From Candidatus Firestoneibacteriota bacterium (GTDB taxonomy: Bacteria > Oederibacteriota > D2-FULL-39-29 > JBDRBU01), in the NCBI GenBank assembly GCA_043822305.1, contig JBDRBU010000039.1, positions 1 through 52,313 on the forward strand: 52,313 bases of DNA. The letters run 5' to 3'. Below are positions 1-15,313 of the stretch, piece after piece. The notes beneath the pieces were generated by a model. That model saw nothing but the letters and a program-made list of their open reading frames with translations, did no database searches and was not told the DNA's origin. Position 1 is the first letter of the stretch; every line of letters starts with the position of its first letter. The position numbers and the translations under genes were made by a program.

Positions 1-34
1 TTACTTTAATTTTACTTTTATCAAAATTAACCAT
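1..34 (-). CDS. 5' end of a gene running off the window (MVNFDKSKIKV...)
   Basis: ATG at 34-32 with GGAGG (42-46) 7 nt upstream; frame open to the window edge. Confidence 0.6.
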   Translation of the reverse strand, partial: MVNFDKSKIKV

Positions 35-144
35 TTGGTAACCTCCTTTAAAAGGTATAAACTTTTTCCTTTACATATAGGTTACCATATTATATACTAT
101 AGATAATAAAAAATATTACATTAAACTTGAGGAAGTCTCTACAT

Positions 145-3100
145 TTACTTTAAATAGTTTTTTATAATTTCAATATTACTTTTCTTTATATCTTTTGTAA
201 GCAGAACTGCCTTCCCATCTTTATATTTAATATATATTTTTTCCTTATCTTCAAATACTACCTTAACATTATATTTTCTGGCTAAAAATTTTATTTCCAA
301 AATTAAAAATAGATTTTCAATTTCTACTGGAATTCTTCCAAACCTATCTAAAAGTTCTTCTTTTATACCATGTAAATCTTCATTATTTTTAGTCGCCATC
401 ATATCTTTATAAATATTAATTCTTTGAAAACTATCCGGAATGTAAGTTTCCGAAATAAAGGCATCAACCTTAATATTAATTTCAACATCTTCTTTGATTT
501 CTTCAGGTTCGCAAGGTACTCCTTTTATTTTTAAAACCGCTTCTCTTAAAAGATTTAAATATAGTTCAAATCCGACTCTGACGACATCACCATGCTGTTC
601 TTTTCCTAAAATATTTCCGGCGCCTCTAAGTTCAAGATCTTTTATTGCTATTTTAAACCCCAGACTTAATTCATCACACTCTTCAATAACATCAAGTCTT
701 CTTCTTGCAACCTCAGTTAAAACTTTTTTTGATGGATACATTAAATAGGCATATGCTTGTAACTTGCTTCTGCCAACTCTTCCTCTTAATTGATAAAGTT
801 GTGATAAACCAAACTCATCCGCATTCTCAATAATAATAGTATTTGTATCTGGATTATCTAATCCAGACTCTATAATTGTGCTACACACTAAACAGTTATA
901 CTTTTTTTTATAAAAGTCTAACATCACTTTTTCTAATTTACTTCCTGGCATTTGGCCATGAGCAATGGCAACTTTTATATCGGGTATTAATTCTTTTATT
1001 TTATTAAATGCTTTTTCTATTGTCTCAACTTTATTATATACATAATAAATTTGACCTCCCCTTTCTATTTCTTTTAATATTGCACCTTTAATTATTTTCT
1101 CATTATATTCTAATATATAAGTTTGTATTGGGCTTCTGCCTGCTGGCGGGCTATTTATATTACTTATCTCTCTAATTCCACTTAAAGAAAAATACAATGT
1201 GCGCGGTATTGGTGTGGCTGACAAACTTAAACAGTAAATTGATTTCTTTAGTTTTTTGAGTTTTTCCTTCTGAATAACTCCAAATTTTTGTTCATCATCT
1301 ATTATTAGTAAACCTAAATCTTTAAAATCAATATCTTCTTGAATCAATCTATGCGTTCCTATAACTAGATCAATACTTCCTGATTTTAATTTTAAAACAG
1401 TATTTTTTTGTTCGTTTTTTGTTGTAAATCTACTTAACATAGAAATATGTATTGGATAACCCCCCATTCTTTCTGAAAAAGTATTAAAATGTTGTTCGGC
1501 TAAAATTGTAGTAGGACAAATCACGGCTACTTGCTTACCATCTAAAACAGCTTTAAAAGCAGCTCTTATGGCTACTTCCGTCTTTCCAAAGCCAACATCT
1601 CCACAGATTAATCTATCAATTGATCTTCCTTCTTCCATATCTTTCTTAATATCTTTTATGGTTTTTAACTGGTCTTCTGTTTCATCATAAATAAAAGAAT
1701 CTTCAAATTCCATTTGCCAGGGTGTATCTTTTGAAAAGGCAAATCCTTTTAATGTTTCTCTGGCCGCGTATAATTCAAGTAGCTCCATGGCTACCTTATT
1801 TGCGCTTTCCTTTACTTTTTCTTTTGTCTTTTCCCAAACAGATGTTCCTAACTTTGAAAGAGGCGGGATTGCTTCAAACCCAATATATTTAGAAATTTTA
1901 TTTATGTCTTCAACTGGAACATACAGTTTATCGTTACCTTCATACTCTAATGTTATAAAATCTTTCTCCCCCCCTTGTAACTTTATACTTTTTAATCCAA
2001 GAAATTTTCCTAGACCATAATTTATATGAACAACAAATTCGCCTGTCGAAATATCCACAATATCCTTAGCAGCCGTAAACCCCGTTAAAGATTTATCTTT
2101 AAACGGGGTAAATCTTTTTTTGCCCTTTTCGTATCTGATGTTTTTATACCGGCCAAATATTTCGTCATCTGTTAAAACTGCTAATTTTATATCTTCAAAA
2201 TAAAATCCTGATGATAAACTTCCTATTATAAAGTCTACTTTGGCCTCACATTTGTTATCAATCAATATTTCAATAAACCTGTTTTTTTCGCCTTCATTAT
2301 TGAAATAAATTTGTATATTATAATTTTTTTCCTGTAATCTGTTTAATTCTTCTATGATTAATTTTATATTTCCATGAAAAACAGGTAAATCTTTTATCCC
2401 GAATTGAAATTCATGCTGTATTTGATGTGAATTATAAATTATATTGTTTCCGTTTAAATTAATTTTTTCTTTAAATTTGTCTTTTTCTTCCTCAAAATCA
2501 GTAGTTTCATCAATAAATATAACCACCTCTTTGGAAAAGTAATTTAAAATACTATTTTCACCAAGAACATTCTCATCAGCCGGTAGCACTTCAATATTTT
2601 CAATAAGAGAAATAGACCTTTGAGTTACTAAATCAAAGTATCTTATGGAGTTTATTCTATCTCCATCAAATTCAAATCTTATGGGGTTGTTATCTGTCAT
2701 GGGATATATATCAAGTATCCCGCCCCGAACACTTATTTCGCCCCTTTTTTCAACAAATGTCTCCATCTTATACCCAAGGGTTATTAATCTTTCCACAAGA
2801 TTCACTAAATTAAGATCATCATCTCGTTTTATATTTATTATTGATGTTATAAATTTTTCTTTATCGGGAGCAGGAACAAAAAATGTTGAGTATGTTGAGA
2901 CCAATATTTTAATATTTCCTTCAAACAATTTTTTAAAAACTAATATTCTTTCGGATTTTAACTCTATTGATGGTGATAATTTGCAAGTATCAAGAAATTC
3001 TATTGGAGGGAGAAGTTCGATATCTTTATCATTTTTTAAAAGAGTAATCAAATCATAATAAATTTCTCTGGCTTTATCTATCTCTTTTGTAAGTATAAAT

Positions 3101-3249
3101 AAAGGGGTTTTTAAAGATGACAAGAAATAAGCAGTCGCAGAATTTTTCAAACCACTTACTTTTGTAGTTTTAGTCTTTTCAAAATTAGATTGGATAGAAC
3201 TGTAAACTTCTGCATCTTTTATTAAATCTAAGTTTTTTTCATTTAACAT
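145..3249 (-). CDS. mfd: Transcription-repair coupling factor
   Basis: UvrB-like N-terminus (RGGILDIYP), RID (VVHINYGLG), helicase motifs GDVGFGKT, DDEQ, SATPIPRT, QLRGRVGR, TRG/TRCF C-terminus. Confidence 0.97.
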   Translation of the reverse strand: MLNEKNLDLIKDAEVYSSIQSNFEKTKTTKVSGLKNSATAYFLSSLKTPLFILTKEIDKAREIYYDLITLLKNDKDIELLPPIEFLDTCKLSPSIELKSERILVFKKLFEGNIKILVSTYSTFFVPAPDKEKFITSIINIKRDDDLNLVNLVERLITLGYKMETFVEKRGEISVRGGILDIYPMTDNNPIRFEFDGDRINSIRYFDLVTQRSISLIENIEVLPADENVLGENSILNYFSKEVVIFIDETTDFEEEKDKFKEKINLNGNNIIYNSHQIQHEFQFGIKDLPVFHGNIKLIIEELNRLQEKNYNIQIYFNNEGEKNRFIEILIDNKCEAKVDFIIGSLSSGFYFEDIKLAVLTDDEIFGRYKNIRYEKGKKRFTPFKDKSLTGFTAAKDIVDISTGEFVVHINYGLGKFLGLKSIKLQGGEKDFITLEYEGNDKLYVPVEDINKISKYIGFEAIPPLSKLGTSVWEKTKEKVKESANKVAMELLELYAARETLKGFAFSKDTPWQMEFEDSFIYDETEDQLKTIKDIKKDMEEGRSIDRLICGDVGFGKTEVAIRAAFKAVLDGKQVAVICPTTILAEQHFNTFSERMGGYPIHISMLSRFTTKNEQKNTVLKLKSGSIDLVIGTHRLIQEDIDFKDLGLLIIDDEQKFGVIQKEKLKKLKKSIYCLSLSATPIPRTLYFSLSGIREISNINSPPAGRSPIQTYILEYNEKIIKGAILKEIERGGQIYYVYNKVETIEKAFNKIKELIPDIKVAIAHGQMPGSKLEKVMLDFYKKKYNCLVCSTIIESGLDNPDTNTIIIENADEFGLSQLYQLRGRVGRSKLQAYAYLMYPSKKVLTEVARRRLDVIEECDELSLGFKIAIKDLELRGAGNILGKEQHGDVVRVGFELYLNLLREAVLKIKGVPCEPEEIKEDVEINIKVDAFISETYIPDSFQRINIYKDMMATKNNEDLHGIKEELLDRFGRIPVEIENLFLILEIKFLARKYNVKVVFEDKEKIYIKYKDGKAVLLTKDIKKSNIEIIKNYLK

Positions 3250-4394
3250 GAATTTTTAAAATGTAATCTTTGCAATATATTCTTTGTATTTTTTAAAATC
3301 TTCACTATCCTCTCTGTTGCTTTACCATCTCCATATGGATTATTTGCATTACTCATTTTATTATATAATCTTTTATTATGTAAAAGTTTTGTAGCCCATT
3401 TAATTATCTTGTTTCTATCAGTCCCTACGAGTACGGCCTTTCCTGCTTTAACTCCTTCCTGTCTTTCTGTAACATCTCTTAAAACTAAAACCGGTTTTCC
3501 AAGTGATGGTGCTTCTTCTTGAATACCACCCGAATCTGTTAGAATTAAATAAGACTTAAACATAAGATAGCAAAACTTATCATATTCCAAAGGTGGGAGT
3601 AAAAAAATATTCTTTAAGTTACTTAAAATTTCCTTAACGGGTCTTTGAACATTTGGATTTAGATGGACCGGATAAACTAGACTTACATCTTCTTTTAATG
3701 CTATTTCTTTTATAGCCTTACAGATATTTTTAAATCCAATTCCAAAATTTTCTCTTCTATGACCTGTAATTAATATAATTTTTTTATTAAAATTAATCCC
3801 AAAATTTTCACAGAAATATCTTTTATACTTTAAATCGTCTTCCCTGACTTTTTCTACAGTCATAAGCAAAGCATCTATAGCCGTATTCCCTGTAACAAAT
3901 ATCTGTTTTGGATGGACACCTTCTTTTAATAAATTATTTTTTGCCATCGAAGTTGGAGCAAAATGAATATCAGATAAATGCGTTGTTAGTCTTCTATTAA
4001 TTTCCTCCGGGAAAGGTTGATATTTATTATTTGACCTTAATCCTGCTTCGATATAACCAACCGGAATTTTTAAATAAAATGCACATAAACTACCGGCAAA
4101 AGTAGTCGTCGTATCACCCTGAACAATAATAATATTCGGTTTCTCTTTTCTTAATATACTTTCAAGTTTCAATAAAATATTAGAAGTAATATTAAAAAGG
4201 GATTGATTTCTTCTCATGATTTTTAAATCATATTTTGGCTTTATATTGAAAATTTTCAGAACCTGTTGCAGCATCTCTTTATGCTGACCTGTTACACAAA
4301 CAACAGAATTTGGCAGTTTTTTGATCAGAGGAGCTAATTTTATTGCTTCGGGTCTTGTTCCAAAAACGAACATGATTTTCATAAGTTTATCCAT
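3243..4394 (-). CDS. wecB: UDP-N-acetylglucosamine 2-epimerase (non-hydrolysing)
   Basis: GTRPEAIK, TGQH, QGDT, HRREN, DSGGIQEEAP, NPYGDG motifs. Confidence 0.96.
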   Translation of the reverse strand: MDKLMKIMFVFGTRPEAIKLAPLIKKLPNSVVCVTGQHKEMLQQVLKIFNIKPKYDLKIMRRNQSLFNITSNILLKLESILRKEKPNIIIVQGDTTTTFAGSLCAFYLKIPVGYIEAGLRSNNKYQPFPEEINRRLTTHLSDIHFAPTSMAKNNLLKEGVHPKQIFVTGNTAIDALLMTVEKVREDDLKYKRYFCENFGINFNKKIILITGHRRENFGIGFKNICKAIKEIALKEDVSLVYPVHLNPNVQRPVKEILSNLKNIFLLPPLEYDKFCYLMFKSYLILTDSGGIQEEAPSLGKPVLVLRDVTERQEGVKAGKAVLVGTDRNKIIKWATKLLHNKRLYNKMSNANNPYGDGKATERIVKILKNTKNILQRLHFKNSC

Positions 4395-5478
4395 TGAAAT
4401 TATTTATATTGCAAGCAACATAAGTAATGGCCTCTTCTGATATTTCGGGATAATTTGGGAGTGATAAAACCTCTTTGGCTGCTTTTTCGCTTTCCGGAAG
4501 ATTAACATTATATCCTAATTTTTGGTAAGCTTCTTGTAAATGAATTGGACATGGATAATGTATTGCTGTTGATATACCTTTTTCCTGTAAATATTTTTGT
4601 AATTTTTCCCTTTCTTTAACTCTGACTGTATATTGATGATAAACATGTTTTACAAAATCTAATTCATATGGAATAACAACATTCTTCAATAGGTTATTAT
4701 AGATTTTGGCATTCCTTCTTCTTTTTTCATTCCATACTTCCAAATATTTAAATTTAGTATGAAGAATTACTGCCTGTAATTCATCTAATCTTGAATTTAT
4801 ACCAATATGGCTATGTATATATTTTTTTGATTCACCATGTGTCCTTAAACTTTTCAATTTTTTGGCTAATTCTTCACTGTTGGTTAAAATCATCCCCGCA
4901 TCTCCACATGCTCCTAAATTCTTTGTTGGGTAGAAACTTAACGCTCCTATATCTCCGAACGAACAAACTTTCCTGCCTTTATACTCCGCCCCTATGGCTT
5001 GAGCAGAATCTTCAATTATTTTTAAATTATACTCTTTAGCTATACTTAATATTTCATCTAAATCTACTGGTTGGCCATACAGATGAACCGGAATTATTGC
5101 TTTTGTGTTTTTTGTAATCTTATCCTTTATCTGTGTGGTATCTATATTATATGTGTCTGGTCTTATGTCAACAAATACCGGTTTTGCTCCGGTTAATGAT
5201 ATAACCCCTGCTGTGGCAAAGAAAGAAAACGAAGGGATTATAACTTCATCTCCACTTCCTATATTTAAACTCTTTAATGCTAAAAAAAGTGCATCTGTCC
5301 CAGAATTTACTCCAATGGCATATTTTACTCCAGTATATCTTGCTACTTCTTCTTCAAATTTTTTAACTTCAACTCCCAAAATAAAATTCCCATTTCTTAA
5401 AACATTTTCAATTGCTTTATCAATTTCACTTTTTATACTTAAATATTGTGCTTTTAAATCAATCAATGAAACTTGCAT
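4387..5478 (-). CDS. DegT/DnrJ/EryC1/StrS PLP-dependent sugar aminotransferase
   Basis: NSGTDAL, PVHLYG, EDSAQA, SFYPTKNLG (PLP Lys), GINSRLDELQA. Confidence 0.95.
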   Translation of the reverse strand: MQVSLIDLKAQYLSIKSEIDKAIENVLRNGNFILGVEVKKFEEEVARYTGVKYAIGVNSGTDALFLALKSLNIGSGDEVIIPSFSFFATAGVISLTGAKPVFVDIRPDTYNIDTTQIKDKITKNTKAIIPVHLYGQPVDLDEILSIAKEYNLKIIEDSAQAIGAEYKGRKVCSFGDIGALSFYPTKNLGACGDAGMILTNSEELAKKLKSLRTHGESKKYIHSHIGINSRLDELQAVILHTKFKYLEVWNEKRRRNAKIYNNLLKNVVIPYELDFVKHVYHQYTVRVKEREKLQKYLQEKGISTAIHYPCPIHLQEAYQKLGYNVNLPESEKAAKEVLSLPNYPEISEEAITYVACNINNFNG

Positions 5479-5504
5479 ATTCCCTCTTTTGAGATTTCAA
5501 AATC

Positions 5505-6134
5505 TTATCTCCTTTTTTTTATTTCATCGCCGGTCATAGGAACAAATCTAACAGGGATTATACTTTCTTCTTTTAATTTGCCTTTTACTTTTCTTGCTCT
5601 TTTTAATTCCTGAAATACATCTCCAACGGGTATTATTAATCTTCCGCCTTCTTTAAGTTGATTTAACAATGGCTCTGGAATTTTTGAAGGAGCACAGGTT
5701 ACAATTACGACATCATATGGCGAGTGTTCTTCCCAACCTAAAAATCCGTCTCCACATTTTACTTTTATATTTTTGTATCCAGATTCATTTAGTTTTTTCT
5801 CGGCACCTTTGGCTAAACTTTCAATTATTTCTATTGTATAAACCTCTTTTGCTATCTCGGCTAACACAGCCGCTTGATACCCCGACCCTGTTCCTATTTC
5901 TAATACTTTATCATCTTCTTTTAACTCTGCTAATTCTGTCATTATGGCCACTATATATGGCTGGGAAATAGTTTGGCCTTCACCAATAGGCAAAGGATTA
6001 TCATCATACGCTTGATTTATTAGTTCTTCAGAAACAAATCTGTGTCTTTCTACTTTATATAATGCATCTAATACTTTTTTATCTTTTATCCCTCTGGCTA
6101 TTATTTGATTATCAACCATCTCTTTTCTTTTCAT
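5505..6134 (-). CDS. pcm: Protein-L-isoaspartate O-methyltransferase
   Basis: [30 protein letters not shown] motifs. Confidence 0.95.
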   Translation of the reverse strand: MKRKEMVDNQIIARGIKDKKVLDALYKVERHRFVSEELINQAYDDNPLPIGEGQTISQPYIVAIMTELAELKEDDKVLEIGTGSGYQAAVLAEIAKEVYTIEIIESLAKGAEKKLNESGYKNIKVKCGDGFLGWEEHSPYDVVIVTCAPSKIPEPLLNQLKEGGRLIIPVGDVFQELKRARKVKGKLKEESIIPVRFVPMTGDEIKKRR

Positions 6135-6179
6135 CTTATAATAATTATCCTTCTTTATGCTTTTTTAAACCTGGGATTT

Positions 6180-6208
6180 ATTTTATCAAAAAATATGCTA
6201 AATATCAA
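6180..6208 (-). promoter_or_regulatory. Putative sigma70 promoter for pcm-degT-wecB-mfd
   Basis: TTGATA-17 bp-TAAAAT with extended TG. Confidence 0.5.
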
Positions 6209-6272
6209 TAGTGATTTTAATTTGATTTTTTTAGTCAAGATATGAGATGTGCCCTATTAATCGGAGAGAAGA

Positions 6273-6296
6273 TCCCCCCGCCTTTAGACGGGGGGA
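6273..6296 (-). terminator. Hairpin downstream of csp (probable terminator)
   Basis: TCCCCCCG/CGGGGGGA stem followed by a pyrimidine run on the minus strand. Confidence 0.6.
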
Positions 6297-6303
6297 GATT
6301 CAT

Positions 6304-6507
6304 TTATATCCTTGTTACATTTATGGCTTGCGGACCTTTAGCGCCCTGTGTTACTTCAAATTTCACTTTCTGTTCAGCAGCTAAGGTTTTAAACCCATCG
6401 CCCTGAATTGCAGAGAAATGAACAAACACATCACCACCACCATCTTGTTCAATAAAGCCGTAACCTTTGGCTTCATTAAACCACTTCACTTTGCCTGTCT
6501 TTTCCAT
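6304..6507 (-). CDS. cspA: Cold-shock protein (copy 1)
   Basis: KWFN, RNP1 KGYGFI, RNP2 VFVH; AGGAGG RBS. Confidence 0.95.
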   Translation of the reverse strand: MEKTGKVKWFNEAKGYGFIEQDGGGDVFVHFSAIQGDGFKTLAAEQKVKFEVTQGAKGPQAINVTRI

Positions 6508-6585
6508 TGCTTAAACTACCCTCCTTTAAAACGATTTATCCCGTTAAAAAAATCTTACGGGACTTTTTTAATTATAAGTCCTTAA

Positions 6586-6701
<116 letters not shown>

Positions 6702-6812
6702 AATAAATTTTAATGAAATCAAATTACACTAACGCAGGTTAAAGACTGCGACTACCAATTACCATTATTCGTATAATTCGTTCTATTCGTTATTAAAAGG
6801 CTTAATTAATAT

Positions 6813-10190
<3,378 letters not shown>

Positions 10191-10425
10191 ATATTAAGTA
10201 AAGCCTTTTAATTCTTTTAATTTCGGCGCAATTTCTATTTCATTTCAAAGAACCATTTTTGTAATGTGTTATTTATTCCAAAAAATTTTCTCTTATTTTT
10301 CTATTAAAATTATATCAAATATTAGTTTTTTTGTAGTTATCTGATTCATCCCCCATATTTATTATTTATCATATTTATAACATAGTATATGGCATGCCAT
10401 AAACCTGAACAAAGTGAATGGTTTA

Positions 10426-10501
10426 TGGTGGAGATGAGGGGACTTGAACCCCTGGCCCTCTGCTTGCAAAGCAGATGCTCTCCCAGCTGAGCTACATCCC
10501 C
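10426..10501 (-). tRNA. tRNA-Ala(TGC)
   Basis: Cloverleaf, anticodon TGC, encoded CCA, in 16S-23S spacer. Confidence 0.97.
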
Positions 10502-10508
10502 AATATAT

Positions 10509-10585
10509 TGGTGGGCCTATCCTGAATTGCACAGGACACCTCACCCTTATCAGGGGTGCGCTCTAACTAACTGAGCTATAGGCCC
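10509..10585 (-). tRNA. tRNA-Ile(GAT)
   Basis: Cloverleaf, anticodon GAT, encoded CCA; non-canonical T-loop TGCAATT. Confidence 0.95.
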
Positions 10586-10676
10586 TCTCACAAGGTGCTC
10601 TACTGCCCCTATAAATAATTCCATAAAAAAAAACCAAACAGGAGTATATTCTTTCAACCTTATATACATCATTGCT

Positions 10677-12297
<1,621 letters not shown>

Positions 12298-12340
12298 AAA
12301 TTATTTTTTTAACACCAAAAAGGTTTACTCAAATAACTCC

Positions 12341-12360
12341 TGTTCAGTTTTCAAAGATCA
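12341..12360 (-). promoter_or_regulatory. boxA-like antitermination element in the rrn leader
   Basis: TGATCTTTGAAAACTGAACA; related TGGTTCTTTGAAATG at 10241-10255 before the 23S. Confidence 0.65.
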
Positions 12361-12518
12361 ATTTAAACAAAAAAAGCGTCTTACGACGCTCATTTAAAAA
12401 AATCCATAGTTACCCTTTCTATATTCAAGGGCCTTCTCTCGATTTCTTTAAACGAACACCGTATCTCGTTTAAATCACCTGCCTTTTAAATAATCTATCA
12501 AAGCTAAATCTTATTATA

Positions 12519-12547
12519 ACTATAACACAAATCTTAAAACTTGTCAA
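12519..12547 (-). promoter_or_regulatory. rrn promoter P2
   Basis: TTGACA-17 bp-TATAGT with extended TG. Confidence 0.75.
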
Positions 12548-12562
12548 GTATTTTAATATTAG

Positions 12563-12591
12563 ATTATACTAAAAAGTTAATATCTTGTCAA
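12563..12591 (-). promoter_or_regulatory. rrn promoter P1
   Basis: Perfect TTGACA-17 bp-TATAAT with A-tract upstream. Confidence 0.8.
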
Positions 12592-12706
12592 GCATTTTTT
12601 AATAAAAAATGAAAATATTTACATCTTAAAAAGTCTTATAAAAAATAAGGGGTTTTCTTTAAATTACTACATTTGATTGAAAAAATATTTACTTCTACCT
12701 TTTTAA

Positions 12707-14587
12707 TTATTTTTTAATCTTGTTTATTATATTCTTTATTTCTTCTTTAAGTTTTTCTGTTGTTTTTCTGGTTTCTTTTACAAAATTATCATCAATTGCT
12801 TTACCATGAGCCAGATCGTAATCATCTATTATCTTTTTGCCTCTTTCATCATCCTTCTCTTTTGAAATTTGAACATCCTTTGCTACTTTTTCTTGCATTT
12901 CAATAAGTTTTTCTAAACATTTTTTTATTCCTAAATCTTTTAATTCTGAATTTAATATTTTCTTCTCGTGTTCCCATCTACTATCATCTGTTTTATTATT
13001 CAAAATCTCTTTTAATTTTTCTCTGGTTTCATTTTTTTTAATATGTTCTTCTAATTTTCTTTTTAATCCAGATAATGCATAATATTTAATATAAAAATCG
13101 TACACTTTTATTCCCACCGCCTTACTTTCTTCAAGCATATAATTCTTCCCAAGACCATCAATATCTTTATTAGTATAAACTTCCTTTTTATCTTTTATAT
13201 TTTGCAACCTTCTCCTGGCATCAATTATTAAATCAATTATATCTGGTCTAAAAACTTCAAAAGCGAATTTACACCTTTTGGCTTTATTTCTCTTTATATA
13301 TTTGCCTTCATTTCGTTTTAAGGCGAAAATATTGAATAATAAAACCCAACCTGGAAAAATTTCATTAAATGCTGGAGATATTCCAGGGAAAGAATTAGCC
13401 GGTAAATTAATTAAAGAAAAAGGAAAAGTTACTTTTTGTGGAAGAGCACTAACCGCAGTAGAAATAATAGTATAAGGTGCTTTTGTAAAATTAGAAGGAA
13501 ATTTTATACTTACTCCTAAGCCAAAAAATGTTCCTTCACCTGGCCAAACTTCCTGATCCGGTGCTCTTGATGTATGATTACTACCAACATTAGCCCCATA
13601 TCCAACATTTCCCTTGCCTTCTGGCCAAAATGCTGCCGTCAGGAGTGCTTGATGATGAAATCCTATAAATGGTCCAAGAAGACAAGAAGTTACTTCCCCT
13701 TCACCAACTCCTGTATTTGGACCTAAAAGAGAATTATTAACTTTACCATGTCTTTCCACATGGGAATGTTCAACAAGAATAGAAGATGATACAATCCCCA
13801 TTGTCGTTACTTCAGAACCCCACTGCAAAATAGAATCAGACACCGATGCACCATATGAAATTTCTGTTTTTTCTTCATCATTACTTAATAAAGTACAATT
13901 GTTAACTCTTAAAGCATTAATGACTTTTGCAGAATCTCCCATAAAACTATTCCTTACCTCAGGTGTATTAATAATTCTTACATTTTTCCCAATATATCCT
14001 TTATTTATAGTAATTAGACTTAAATATTTATCAATAAAGATTTTAAATTCCTCTAATAATTTTTTATCGCCTCTTGATTTTGTAATTTTCTCGGCAATCT
14101 CTACTGTTATCTCAGCAAAAGAATAAATTTCCCGGCCACCTGTTTCTATACATAAGGACATTTCTATACCATTTCCAAAAGTATTTTTAGAATCAGCTGT
14201 TATAGTGCCATTATTTATTAATATGGCCCCTGCGTTTATAATATAATTTGAGAGTAATTTTACATCCTTTATTAAAACATTATTGCCAATTTCACAGTTA
14301 ATTATCGTACTATTATAAATCCCGGATGGTATATCAGCACTTTCATATTTAATATTTTCTTTAAAACTTCCCAGCATTATTTCACCATAGAAAGTTGAAT
14401 TAAAAACACGCAAAGGATTAAAATCAATATTTACTTTAATTTTATTCCAATCAGAGCTATGATTACCATTTTGTTCTAATTTGATAATTTCTTCCTTTTT
14501 TAATTTTCTTAAGTTCTTCCCCTCATGTCTTTTTATTTTGTGACACTCATTAATTAACTCGGAATTTTTTAATATATCTTCTAACAT
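12707..14587 (-). CDS. DUF4954-family beta-helix protein
   Basis: N-terminal LRKL..EI..LE.NGN..DW, GIYNSTI, GPFIGFHHQ, GSNH motifs; repeat-like beta strands. Confidence 0.75.
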   Translation of the reverse strand: MLEDILKNSELINECHKIKRHEGKNLRKLKKEEIIKLEQNGNHSSDWNKIKVNIDFNPLRVFNSTFYGEIMLGSFKENIKYESADIPSGIYNSTIINCEIGNNVLIKDVKLLSNYIINAGAILINNGTITADSKNTFGNGIEMSLCIETGGREIYSFAEITVEIAEKITKSRGDKKLLEEFKIFIDKYLSLITINKGYIGKNVRIINTPEVRNSFMGDSAKVINALRVNNCTLLSNDEEKTEISYGASVSDSILQWGSEVTTMGIVSSSILVEHSHVERHGKVNNSLLGPNTGVGEGEVTSCLLGPFIGFHHQALLTAAFWPEGKGNVGYGANVGSNHTSRAPDQEVWPGEGTFFGLGVSIKFPSNFTKAPYTIISTAVSALPQKVTFPFSLINLPANSFPGISPAFNEIFPGWVLLFNIFALKRNEGKYIKRNKAKRCKFAFEVFRPDIIDLIIDARRRLQNIKDKKEVYTNKDIDGLGKNYMLEESKAVGIKVYDFYIKYYALSGLKRKLEEHIKKNETREKLKEILNNKTDDSRWEHEKKILNSELKDLGIKKCLEKLIEMQEKVAKDVQISKEKDDERGKKIIDDYDLAHGKAIDDNFVKETRKTTEKLKEEIKNIINKIKK

Positions 14588-14600
14588 TTGTATATCACTC

Positions 14601-14978
14601 CTATCTAACTAACCCCACGACAGAGATTACGTAATCACCATCTATTGAAAAATCTATTAACATTTTTTTAATTTTTAATTTCCAGGCAAACTGCTTTGTG
14701 CTTCCATGTAATTTAATCCTGGCATGATTAAACTTATTATATTGAACCTCTATTTCATTAAAATGAGCAGACTCGCTCCAACCGATTCCTAATGCTTTCA
14801 AAAATGCTTCTTTAATCGTAAATATTGTTGCAAAATATTTATAATTTTTTTTCTTGTTTAAGGTTAATTCGGCAGGATGAAATATTCTTTTTTGAAAATT
14901 TTTCCATAAAGGTTTGAAAAATATCTTTTTCATTCTATTTAACTTAAATATATCTATCCCTATTCCAAATAAAGTCAT
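14601..14978 (-). CDS. acpS: Holo-ACP synthase
   Basis: GIGIDI and F..KEAFLKALG motifs; adjacent to ACP. Confidence 0.85.
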   Translation of the reverse strand: MTLFGIGIDIFKLNRMKKIFFKPLWKNFQKRIFHPAELTLNKKKNYKYFATIFTIKEAFLKALGIGWSESAHFNEIEVQYNKFNHARIKLHGSTKQFAWKLKIKKMLIDFSIDGDYVISVVGLVR

Positions 14979-14990
14979 AAAACAAAAATT

Positions 14991-15233
14991 TTATTTTTTG
15001 GATTCTAAAATTTTAGATATAAATTCTACGGCTTTGCCTACTGTTTTAACTTGAAGAGCTGACTCTTCTGGCATCTCTATTTCAAACTCTTCTTCAAATG
15101 CGGCAACCAATTCTATGCTTGCAAATGAATCTGCTCCCAGATTTTTTACAAAATCAGACTCTAATTTTATCTCTTCTTCTTTTAACTTTAACTGTCTGGC
15201 CACTACTTTTTTTACTCTCTCTTCAACTGTCAT
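14991..15233 (-). CDS. acpP: Acyl carrier protein
   Basis: LGADS(F) phosphopantetheine site, EEEF, TVG; start moved to the ATG at 15233 behind AGGAGG. Confidence 0.9.
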   Translation of the reverse strand: MTVEERVKKVVARQLKLKEEEIKLESDFVKNLGADSFASIELVAAFEEEFEIEMPEESALQVKTVGKAVEFISKILESKK

Positions 15234-15252
15234 GAATTCCTCCTTGTATTTA

Positions 15253-15313
15253 TGATTTTCCATAATGTAAAATCAATATATTAGGAATAGTTGGTTGCAA
15301 AGCAACCAGACTA
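15253..15313 (+). repeat. ~60-bp structured dispersed repeat, copy A
   Basis: TGATTTTCCATAATGTAAAATCAATATATTAGGAATAGTTGGTTGCAAAGCAACCAGACTA; its TAG is the stop of the adjacent GlmU-like gene. Confidence 0.85.

Noticed and set aside
10399..10414. AACCTGAACAAA shared by the 16S-23S spacer hairpin and the 16S V3 insertion
   Set aside because: 12-nt A-rich match with no flanking similarity; probably chance
14991..15263. Longer ORF-track starts for acpP (15263), pta (18786), cas1 (24859), cas8c (29644) and eboF (44205)
   Set aside because: Downstream ATGs have better RBS or overlap geometry and family-typical N-termini
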